From: Tubiluchus corallicola
Taxonomy: Eukaryota; Animalia; Priapulida
Assembly: GCA_030141605.1 (NCBI GenBank)
Contig: JAQGDQ010000001.1
Span: forward strand, 1,550,001-1,614,000
DNA length: 64,000 bases
Direction of reading: 5' to 3'
Under the pieces are notes generated by a model. It worked only from the letters and a program-made list of their open reading frames with translations, was not told the origin of the DNA and searched no databases. The translations under genes were made by a program, and so were the position numbers. Below are positions 1 to 12,300 of the stretch, one piece after another (position 1 is the stretch's first letter; the number at the start of each line of letters is the position of its first letter).

Positions 1-1054
1 AGCCAACCATAATGTTTTCAGGTAATATTTTAATATCTGTTTATAATAAACATACTAATGCAGATACAAAGTTTCGCTTCCACTGGTGTGAGTAGTAAGT
101 ATAGTAAAAACTGTTATTACATTAGTCTATAAAATACCAGTGCTAATATCAATAAATGTTAAAGGTAGCTAGTGTTAAACGAAACATCCACTGGTAAAGG
201 CAAATGCGTCACTAAATTAGCTTAATTTAAATTAGCTTATTAACGCGTATAATACGCTTGCTGCCAGCATATTTTTTGTTCACGAATATTAAGAACTGGG
301 TTTCTAAAATGAGAATCTTCCAAGATTGTCTTGAATCAATAACTGCTTCTTGTTAATTTGTGGTGTTATTTGAGATGCATTTTTTTTTATTTTAGCATGG
401 CAGTTGTAATATTCTACGTACGAACACTTCTTTCTAGATTGATATTTAACAACACCGATTAACCAAATTTATCATGATGACCTAGATTAACTAAATTTGT
501 CATAACTGAAGTGCACTGAGATGTTTGTGGAAAAAATGAACAAAGTATTACGTTCCTTCGTTCATTTATTGTTCATTCATTACTTTGCTCTTTCATCTGT
601 TGGTTTCATGCACTTGTTTATTCGTTTGAAAAATTGTTCGTTCGTTTGTTTATTCATTTTTCTGCCAATTCGTCTAAATTTCGTCCAAAATAAGTGTACA
701 GAAGTTAAAAATGAAAAAGTGTATTACTGGTCAAAGAATTTTTCAACACCAAATTTACGTGATGAAAAACACTTATTATACATTCCAAAACAGAAGGACG
801 GACAAATATAGAAATTATGTTATATAAGAAAAGCAGGGGTTTGCAGGGGTTTCTTGAGAATGCTGCAACACCGAGATTTTCATCGTAGGTTTTGATTTTT
901 GTGACCTGTCACCTTGAATAAATATGCAAAATTTTTATGCACGTACAGCACTTAGTTCAAAATTCAGTACGCACTACAGCAGTGACTGGGAACCGAGGTC
1001 GTATGCCCACACATTTATTGTTCGTTAATTAAGATCCCTAAATCTATGTGTTGA

Positions 1055-1702
1055 ATGCAGTATAAAGGCCGCAGAAAATGTCACACTGCAATCTTGATTT
1101 ACGCTTTGACAGGAATCGCAATTGGCTGTGAAGGACTAGTAAATGATGACGAGACAGAAGCCACAGACTTTCACATACACTGCACAATGGACGTTAAAGA
1201 GTTAAAAAAATTGCTAAAGCTGACAGGATCAGAGAAAAAAGCTGAACGAAAGGTTGACATATTGTACCAGCAAACCGATTCACCGTTCAGTACTGCAATA
1301 ACAACACCGCTTTACAACCCACCTTTGGAGAGTAGTGCAGTAGAAGTGACTGCTGAGAGATCTGTTCGAAAAATGCGATCATTTTCAAGAATTCATTTGT
1401 TGTGTTGTGAACATCCAACGCTGTTTTATGAACATTGTACATGTTTCAATACCGCGGAATCTAACACTGGCCAACTTTATAGACACGTTTGTCTTATCAA
1501 CCACGATGCTGACAGAGCTGCCATATTGCAGTGCTCTAAGGCTGACCCTATTTCTGGAAATCCCATCAGAGTGCTATCACCGTTTGATGATGCATACAAA
1601 AGACATGAATATCTCAAATATAGGCGGTACACTTGCAATAAGAATATTATTAAGCACTTTTGTGAAAAGCATTCAGCACAGTCAACAAAGTCGCCGAGAT
1701 AA
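1055..1702 (+). CDS. Orphan intronless ORF (215 aa, or 171 aa from ATG 1187), Cys/His-rich C-terminal half, function unknown
   Basis: 648-nt open frame in AT-rich DNA. TATAAA at 1061-1066, in-frame ATG 1187 in strong context (ACAATGG), AATAAA at 1702-1707 overlapping the stop. No family recognised. Confidence 0.35.
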   Translation: MQYKGRRKCHTAILIYALTGIAIGCEGLVNDDETEATDFHIHCTMDVKELKKLLKLTGSEKKAERKVDILYQQTDSPFSTAITTPLYNPPLESSAVEVTAERSVRKMRSFSRIHLLCCEHPTLFYEHCTCFNTAESNTGQLYRHVCLINHDADRAAILQCSKADPISGNPIRVLSPFDDAYKRHEYLKYRRYTCNKNIIKHFCEKHSAQSTKSPR

Positions 1703-2108
1703 ATAAAGGTTTAACTTGGATTCGCTAAAATTATCATTGTTTCATAAACTATTATCCATCATAATTATTAGAATCCCTTACAAAATTGCGTTTATTTGAG
1801 GCGTGTACAGGCTTTCCAATGCTGAATTGTGTTTCTCACATAACAGAGTGTACTATATTTGTTTTATTATGCATTTATTGTGTACATAACTGGTACATTT
1901 ATCACAATTATTATTATATATATATAACTACTTGTGTACAGTTTCAATTTTTTGAGTTTCCACTTTATAGTGACGCAGTATCTTTAAAAATTTCAATTTC
2001 ACAAAATTCTAAATTTTTCGTGACAATTCGTCTGATTCTTTTGATAGAGAAAACATAAAACAAAGATAAACGAGCCAACATACAAAAATATACCTGTATA
2101 GGTATATG

Positions 2109-2242
<134 letters not shown>

Positions 2243-3315
2243 CATATATATATATAATGTTTGTGTGTGTATATTGGCGTGAAGAATTTGACACGCTGCG
2301 CCCCTGTTTCAGGAATTCACTTATATATAATATGGTTTCATAAAAGAACAAACTTTCATTGAATTCCAGGCTCTTGTTCTAAACTAAATAATGCATCAGT
2401 TTCAATTTCAATTTCAATTTACATTTGAATTAACATAACTACAGTTTTACAATAAAGTTCAGATGATGTTACATAAAATGGATATTACCAATAATGTGTC
2501 GGTTTATCAACTTAGTTACATAAACATAACATTAGATTATGCATGTTTTAGGGAGACCAAGGAAGCTTATAAAGACCACCGCGAAAACAGTATAGGGATG
2601 CTTAAGGAGATAATTATGACAGTTTATGACCAAAATTTTGCAAATATTTAAAGCTTATGGTTAGTATGTTAGAAAAATAAATGGAGAGATTACTGTAATG
2701 GTTATTTTTCCTACTCTGAGGAGTATAGCACACTTATGAAAATTTATAATTACAATAGTGTTTATTATGCTAACAGCAGTTGATGATTTGCAATAGGCAT
2801 TCTGAAATAGACCTGCACAGTGTAATAAATCAATCGACTCCGATCCCATGGAAGGTTTGTTATGCATAAAATGACCAAATGGTAAGTTTGATTATTAAAT
2901 CCTGGTCCATAAATAATATTGATTTTTAAATGTAATTCGAGCTTATCATAGCGCATTTCTTTGGTTTCCTATATGAACTTAGCAAATAATTATGTCATTA
3001 CAAAATTTTCTCCTGATTTAAATGTTAACACTATGAAAAATGCTAAGGCTTCTTTTTCTACTACTGGAATTCTCTTTGAGCGCCATCAAATGTTTGAGAC
3101 ATAAAAGCTAGAACATTTATATTATTCCTTGATTATTTTCTGGTTTAAAATTGCTCCTCACTCTTCATCAGGTCTATACGTCTAGATATACGTAAATAAA
3201 ATATATGTACTTGTTACAATTGTTAGTATCGGTAACATCTCTGAGTATAAGTCATAGCATGAGGATTGGAAATCGCTTTTTCAACTTCCATTATTTTACT
3301 TTTCTCTGAACCAAA

Positions 3316-3343
3316 ATGGCGCTGAAGCAAGTTGTAGGGCAAA
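3316..3343 (+). CDS. STXBP1: STXBP1 coding exon 1 (MALKQVVGQ)
   Basis: CAAAATGGCG start, donor A|GTAAAG in phase 1; resembles the Rop/Munc18 N-terminus. Confidence 0.9.
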
Positions 3344-6300
3344 GTAAAGTTTTTTAGATTAGATTATATTTAGTAATAGCTGTTTCATGACTTATTTCAG
3401 GATTCTCAATCCTTGAAGTTAAATAGAATTAATGAAATCTGCATTGTTGTTGCTAGTTTTTTGCTATCCTTTAATATATATTTTTTATTGCTTGATACAT
3501 TAATTATTAATAAAAATATTATCTCTTGGAATCTGTGTGGTCAGACGATTGGGTTAGCTCAGAACATTACCGAGCAGCAAGAAAATGTCTTCCTTCGAGT
3601 TTCAATAAATTTTAAGATTTTAATCTTAAATCGTGTATTTCGCACACATGGTAAAAGTAGTACTAGTATACAATTGCAACGTAGGCATACATAATTAGTG
3701 AATTACAAAAAGCAATGCCAAAATGCTAGACCACCATAGGACCATTAGGTCGTCTACATGTTGCATTATATGATGATTTATAAATGAGCATTTACGAAGC
3801 GCAGCTCAAGTTTATATGAAATACTGATATTTGAATTTAAGTAAGCTGTAAATTACGTTGATGAAATAGTAAAGATACCTTATCCAAAGGACCTTGATAT
3901 TAACTGTCTGCAAGTGGTCCTCTCTCAAGTGCCTTTGGAAACTGTTGACTGATGACAACTGATGGTTGATGATGGAAGGCGATTCCATTGCTGAACTGCA
4001 CAATACACAAAGAAGTGAGATCTGATGGTATTTCTAGCTGGTTGCACCAATAACTTAGGCTCATGACCACGAAGAACTTGGTGAGGCCTGGAAAAAAGTC
4101 TGTCTCTGTCAGAATAGGGTTTATAGTCTCACGCCTTTCCTCTAGAGCAGTAACCGAAGTGGGATCCAATCAACGGCAAGACAAATACATCGATCCCGAA
4201 TTCTTTTAAGTGCATTCTTGATAGTAGCATGCTACAGTGACCACACGATTGACATGTATTCCAAAATGAGTAAAACAACGGCTTCATAAAGAGGAATAAG
4301 TGCGACTGCATTTCCTGATATAACACAGCACTTGATCGTGCCAATGAGATGGCTTACTTTTACAATGACATGGTTCACATGGGAATTCCTCAAATGTTCA
4401 CATGTAAAGTTACGACATGGAAATTATCACTCTCAAGCCTCTGATATAATTTTTCGGCTATTTGCAGATTTGGGAAGCACAATGAAAAATGGATTGCATA
4501 CCTCAAGGTTAATGTTAGTTTTTGAAGTTATATCTAAGTAATACGGAGAGCAAAAACTGAATATCTACATACCTTTGTAACATCCTTAAAATTGAATATA
4601 CGGCCAAGTTCTTTAGTGCATCAGCTGTATATATTTCTAAGGCTGTAACAAGTCATGGCATATGCAGCTTAATATTTTTAGTACATTACCATTTTGGGTT
4701 ATTTTTCTATTATTTTCTTTTGTTTAATTAACTAAATAAAGTTTCAGAATCCATAATCACCAATTTAGGTCCGTTATTATTTTGCCTATATATAAACAAC
4801 ATATCCAGTGTATTAAAACACTCACAAATAACGCAATACGCTGATGACACTACAATCTACATAGCCCATGAAAATGTCCAAACTGCAAAAAATTATTTAG
4901 AAGAAGATATAAAAAATATAAATATGGCATTTAGTCATTACAAGCTAAAAATGAATAATGACAAAACAGAATTCATGATACTGTCACCCTCATTAAATAG
5001 TAATGATGCATCATCAACCACTTTGACAATAGATAATGCTGTAATCAAACAAACTAACAATGTTAAATTCCTGGGCATACAAGTAGACAATAATCTTTCA
5101 TGGGATGAACACTTTAATAACATATACACAAAAATGGCATCAAGCACATCATATCTCCGACAAGTTAAAGGGCAACTAACAAAGGAAACTAAAACACTAA
5201 TATATAAAACTTTAGTTCTACCACACTTCTTATATGGATGTACGCTACTTCAAAAAACCAAAAGAGAAAGTTACTTAAAATTAAATCTCCTTCAAAACTA
5301 TGCGTTGAGATTGATAGCTGGGTACTCATACAAACATAAAGCAGGTAGACAAAAATTCAAAGCTTCAACAACTAACCTGAGAAAAACTTTAAAATTCCCA
5401 ATCATTGAAGCACACAAAAATATTTTACTCTGCTTTTTATATTTAAATACATTAACAACATCAGCAAACCATTCCAGAATAACAGATTTACCTTTTTTCC
5501 AAATCCTATCGTTAATTCCAGAACAAGCAATCTAAAACAAATTAGGACAAATACCCACTATGGAACGAACTCTGTAATCAAACAAGCAATTTTACTTTGG
5601 AATTCTCTACCATTACAAGTTAAACAAATCAAGTCCCTATCAGCATTTAAAACAAAATTAAAATCACTAATATTAACCAGATATGAAATACCATCACACC
5701 AGTACGACAACATACACACTAATTCAGAATTCATATACCCACGGCCATATTAATTAAATCATAGTTTTTTTTGTTTTTTTGTGTATGGTTGTAAATATGT
5801 TTGATTTTATTCGTCATTACTGCACAGTAGTTTAGATTGCACTGACGCATTTGCCTTCAGCAGTGTAAGTTTTTATTAACTAACACTGATTGATTATCTC
5901 TGTAAAGTTTTTATCAGTGATTATCAATGTTTTTAATGGCAAATAATAAGAGCTACGATTTTACTTGTTTTTTCAATTTCTTGACATTTGTTACTGACCA
6001 AAATAACTACAGTCAAACCTCTTTATACCACCCACATTGGTACGGGAAAAAAGTTGGTGATGTAGCGAGTTACGAACGGCACATCTACTGACTCTGAATC
6101 TCCTAGCCATTTCTCGAGCAGAATATCCTTCTTCATGTAGAATAGAGATTTGACTTCTTTGAATGTCACTTAGGTTTTTCTTGCGACCCATTTGAGTGAC
6201 AAGAATTGAAAACAACGAATGAATTCTATCAGATTTCAGGTAGTTTCCAGTCCGGAAAATCGGCAGTTGATAATCACCATGGAAACTCTTCTCATTGTGA

Positions 6301-9300
6301 CTTCATGGTGAGGCATTTATGAAAGAGCGTTGTCGCTGTGATTAACGCGCGTGGAGGTCATACGAAATACTGAAACCGGGCATTTAGAAGTGATTAGTAC
6401 ACAGTAAAAGGACATTTCAAGTCATTCTAGAAAAGGAAGCTGCAGAATTTTTTAAAAGCAATGTTCATGGTGATTCCACAAATGAGTTCCTGGTTTGATG
6501 ATAAAAATATTTCATTATCTCCGTAATTCTGTTTTGAATCAAAGTTAATTATGAAATCTCCGTCTCGACAGTGAGGATGACGTCATCAAGTCGGAGACAT
6601 ATGCGCATGCACAGTTGATCATTCATCCTCTTACCTTTCATTAGAATTACCATCCAACATAATCAGACGACTGGGGCGGAAGCTACTACCGAGAGCGCCC
6701 CTAAGACATTTCCCGCAACCATACTGATAACGTCATCAATGCAATGACGTCATCATAAGTCCAGCGCATGCGCAACACAAACATTTATTTGCAATTTTCA
6801 ATTCCCTTCCTAATGAGCCATCGTGTGTACGAATCGGTCCACCATGAGGGAAAATATATGGTGTTGAATACCGAAAAGCTCAAAATTCACGTTGTAATCA
6901 CAGGTGGGCTTAAACTTTTGGCCACGACTGTATATATTAATTTGCCTGGCGGTGGGCAGATAACGGGTGGCAGTATAACAGGTTATTTTTATATACAGTT
7001 TAATACAGCCATTTTGTTCCTGTCTATTTTGCAGGCAGTAAACGAGTATAGGGAAATGACATTTTCAGTATCTGCAGATTTTTTTGCTCTTTAAAATGTA
7101 CATTGTAAGAACTTGAATAACTATGCTATTATTGATTAGGTTTATATTCGTTTGCTTGGCCTTTTCTTGCGTCCCAACCTTAGATGGGAATAGTATCTTA
7201 CAGAAGTGGCTAAGAAAAATGGAATGCCTGCATACAGCTAGTTGTATAAAACTTGGACACTGCATGTCCAATTGTGTTGCAATTAATGGTTATCCTTCAA
7301 AGATTTCTTTCTGTATTTCAGAGGTTCTGCAGGAGGTCATCAGAAGTGTAAAAAAGAAAGGGGAATGGAAAGTAATGATAGTGGACCAGCTGAGTATGCG
7401 AATCATCTCAGCATGCAGTAAGATGCATGACCTTGCAAATGAAGGCATAACAAGTGAGCTATTATTCATAATAATTTAAAAATAACATAACATTAATCAG
7501 CGGCTTAGTTGGGCCTAGTAATACAGCTTTTAGTAACATTCGTAAATAATTAAAATAGTAGAAATAAAAAGAGGAATTCTTACTACTTGTGCTAGAAAGA
7601 TGATAACTTCAAAATTCAAATCTATGTATCTAGAGAAATTTTTCTAACTCAAGTGCTAACTTGTAATACTTTTCAGTTGTGGAAGACATTTCCAAGCGGA
7701 GAGAGCCATTGCCGTTATTGGAAGCAATTTACTTTATCTCACCAACAGAAAAGGTGCACAGTTGTTTAACTGGTAGCCAGTAGGCGTAATGTGCTTAGTG
7801 TTGACTAAAGTTAATTTTGCATTAAAAAATTTGATTTACTGTAAAATACTTGTATAGTACTTGTTTATTGTACACTTGCTTCAGATGTCACTTCTGTTTA
7901 AAACTCTCTACGTGCTTTCAAGTTTGCTTTCTTTTTACTATTAAAACCAGTGATATATCATCAAAATTCAGTTGGTTATCAATCCTTACAATCAAGCAAA
8001 CATGATTACAAATAAATCCAACAAATTTCGCACATCGGTTAAAGCTTCTTTTGTATAATCAATTTCCAAACAATACTGTAATTTGATTTTTTGGCTTCTA
8101 CATGGCAGTAGACACTCATAGGTATAAATGCATCTATACCTGCATTTACTTTAACATACAAATGCTTACAGAAGTAAAATGATAAATGAAATAATGTTTT
8201 ATTCTTTTTAGTCTATTAGGCAGTTGATGCAGGATTTCGTTGGTATCCCTCTGTATCGTGGAATACATCTATTCTTTACTGAAGGTACGATTTTGTTTTT
8301 TAGGTGGTATTTGGTACATCTAATATATGGTAGACCTTACCTTAGTGATGCAATGTACTGTTTAATTTGCCAGATTGAGCCGAACTGAATTTTTTCTAAA
8401 CTGTTCTATTTGGTCCTGTTTGGTTGTAAGTCAGAAATCTGTGCTAAACATGGCTCAGCTCAGACATGTCCTGTGGCATCCGGCAAAAACTCCATGTATC
8501 TAGTAAAATGTTCATTACAGTACCTGACATTTTATTCTTTATTTAAATTAGTGGTCGCCTAATTAATTACGATCAATGGGCAAAAACTCGGGCAAACTTC
8601 CATGCTACAGCTGTTGCCTTCTTAAGATGCATCACAAATCGTGGGCATGAAGTTAAAAATTTTCAAAACAATAAGCATGAAAACTATAAGCAAATGAAGT
8701 GACTGAAATTATAGTTTATCAGCTTTGCACTCATGTTCTTCGCATCTCATACACAAATCGATAGAGAAGCATTGTTTAAAGGTATTCGCAAATTGCCCTG
8801 GCATAGCTGCACAGAAAAAAGCAACGCGGAGGTGAGGCATCAGTGTGCGTGCATCACATGTCTAACAGACTAAATTTTATTTGAAATGACAGGTTTCTTC
8901 TGTAACTCTGCTCAACTTCGGAGTAATTACAGTAAATATCCCACCCGACATGACTCAGCAGTAACATAACAAGTTCCATCATACGTCTCCACCCGATCCA
9001 GCAGTAGCTTGCCAAATTTTATGCTCGATTCCGTCCAACTCAGCTCTAGTCCATAAACTCCCTCTGGTGCTTCAGTTCAGTAAGTTATGCGACCACTATA
9101 TTTCAATTGTTGGCTTTAATGTTGTTCAGCAGAGCTGCACTTTTATAGTTTTGTTGTGCTAATTGGCACTATGATACTGCATGTTTTCATAATCAGCAGT
9201 TTTATTTGTTGTATGTGGTGCTTGTCCTTTCAAGGGCCCCTGAAATTTTCGAGGTGAAGTGTTGAGACACTTCTAAACTTTTTCTTTCTTATTCTTGTAG

Positions 9301-12300
9301 ATCTAATAATTGAATCTGTGGATAACTTCTTCGACAAGTTTATGTGACCCTCATGTATGAACACAGCATTCATACACTGACCTTTTGTGACCTGGTGCAT
9401 AATGAATCTATTAATCTCTTAATAGTATATGCTACACTGGTCAGAAAGTGATACCCTGTAATTCAAAATTTTGGATTCTGTGATTCTGGAGTTTTTAGGT
9501 TCTTAGTTAGTGAGGCTAATCCAAGTAAGATAACAATGCTTGCTAGAGTCAAAATTGAAAATTAATAAGAAAATTTATAAACAGTTTCCTTTCATTTAAT
9601 TAAAATACTGGCATTTTGCTTTATTTGTACTAGTTTGCCAATTCCTCGTTTAGTTACTGAAAGGCAGAAGGTGTTTTTAGTGCAAATGCAGTAAATTAAA
9701 CTATACCCATGGGGAATTTCTGGAAAACTATAAAATTTTATATTACCTGTAAGGTTGGAGCTACTATATATATGTGTGTGTAATTATTTTTGTCTGCTGC
9801 TAAACCATGGAGTACTCATCAGTGACTAAGAGCAACTGAAACAGTTATCGTGTGTTCAATTTGTGAATGCTAAAGTGAAACACTATAGATCCTGTTGTAA
9901 GAGAGTGTGCCTCATCCTCTTACCAATGATGGCAGTGTCCTAGCATTAGAGGCTGAAAAAGTGTCACAAAGAAAAGTCGATAATCTAAAAGAAAAACTAC
10001 ATTTTATTTTTCAAGTTACTTTGTTCATTTACTATATTATTTATTAGTTAGAGATTTTACTTTTTTGCATTACGAACAGTGAATTTTTAATCGCTTGACA
10101 ATCGAACCAGTCTAGGAACTCACCTCTGAAACTCACTAGGAAATAAGCGTGAGTGTGATATTGACAAGTTCGGGTGCAGTAAATCCTGTTTCTAAGTTCA
10201 GAATAGCGGGCATGATGGGCCACGAGAGCGTGCGCACCCCCCAAAAATCAAACACTGCATATGATAGCATTTTAGGGTTTATTCTTTACAGACTCTTGAA
10301 TTCAAATATGTCACGGATCATTCAGTTGAGACCAACCATCCGTGGTTACTTTATAAATAAGTTTATGTCATAGAATAATATGAATATTGTGCTAGGTTTG
10401 TGTTTTTGTATTTCCAGCCTTTGTGCTGCATTTAGGCGCAATTTAATTGTAGATTTCTTGCTATAGGCTTTCTATAAATTGAGTAAACATTTGCAGTGGT
10501 AATTATACTGACTATGTTGCCTATTTTGTGGATGTTTTATAAGTTATAGAAATAGGCTGCACTAAATATTTTGGTGTCTGCAATTCAAACACTAACAAGA
10601 GTGAAATGTGTGGTTACTTCATTCCTTGCGTTTCTTGTTTTCAGCTTGCCCTGATGAGATATTTAACGAATTGTGCAAGTCTCATGTCGGTCATTACATT
10701 AAGACATTGAAAGAGATTAACATTGCATTTCTGCCTTACGAGCAACAGGTAATAACGATGGTTTTGATGTTTTATTGTAACAGATACACTTTTTAAGGGG
10801 AGACAGTTCAGTTCAGCAGCAGTGCATTTGTGGTTACATAAATTGATGCACCTAGCCAAATGTATTTGTGTTCCCAATTATTTTTGTGCAGTTCGACTCA
10901 CTGTACTTTGTGACAGGAGCAAGATTTCCCTTAACATGACAAATAACTAGAGGCTCAGAAGCAATTTTTGGCAGTGACCCTTCTACCTACTGATATGGCT
11001 TAGTATACTTTTGATTCTCTGAATTGCTAAGCAAGCAGTGTAACCATTTGCTATATAATGTAATGATCATTATCTTTTCTGAAATTGCAGTTTAATTTTG
11101 GTTAACATAAATGAATATTCATTTCTTTTTGTTGAATAAAGCTTTTTAAGTAGCCCTTAGCCACACTGCCAGAATTTGGTTGTCAGATTATCCACATCAC
11201 TTAATATAATAATTTACTGGAAATATTTGTAGCACGCATGTTACTAATCACCTTAAATTATAAAAATAAATCTTGTGTTAAAAACATGTGGAAATGCTTT
11301 AACAACTATTAATTGGAGAGTACAACATATTTTACTGACTTACAGGTGTTTTCCTTGGATTCCCCTGAGACGTTCCAGTTCTTCTACAATCCTGCTAGGC
11401 AAGGTGGACGTATGGCAAACCTGGAGCATGTGGCGGAACAAATAGCAACACTTTGTGCCACCCTGGGGGAATATCCCAGTGTCCGTTACCGTCGAGCTAT
11501 GTAAGAATGCGGTCAGATAACTATTGTTTCGTTGTAGTGCATATTATCATCAGTTTACAATACTCAAGCTTTGGCATTCAACTGTCAGATTGCATTTTTT
11601 AGAATGGTAAATGTACCATGTTTATTTAATGTTCAACTGAATTATCCATTCTGACTTTTTGCCTTTAAGAGTGATTGTTGTGCTTATATTATTGTCGTGC
11701 TCTATGACCAAAAAGCATTACAACTTTGAGTCCCTGCAGTCTTACATGTTTCACCCTCTATTTAAGTCGTGTTGTGATGAAACTAAAAGATCTTACATGA
11801 ACTTAAGTTGACAGCTGACCAAGCTGGAGTTGAATTTCTGTCCATGTCTTTGCACCTTGCAATTGTTTCATGTTAATCATGATTATTTATTAAGCTGATG
11901 TGTTTACAGTGACATGGATCGGAACGTAGAACTTGCACAACTTGTACAGCAGAAACTCAATGCTTACAGAGCCGATGACCCAACAATGGGAGAGGTGTGC
12001 TTAATAAAAGTTTTTAACATTTTAAGATTGCATCTTTCCCATTAACCTGAAACCTAGTTTGCTTACTAAACAAGCAATTATTTTCAAGCAAAACTCTTTC
12101 TTATTGACTTGTCAATGTTACCTGACATCACTCAGTATCAGAAATAGTGAGTTACAAAATAAAAAAAACTGACTGCACAAACATTGAAAAAAAGAAAAGT
12201 TATAATGTCTGTTAGTGAGTAGATAGTTTTACATTGGTTTTGTAATTCATTGTTTCTGGTGATGTTAACAGTTAGATTAGTGCAAACTTAACTTGGTAAA

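Noticed and set aside
521-811. 96-aa hydrophobic ORF
   Set aside because: Built on a degenerate TTCG/TTCA tetranucleotide tract; low complexity.
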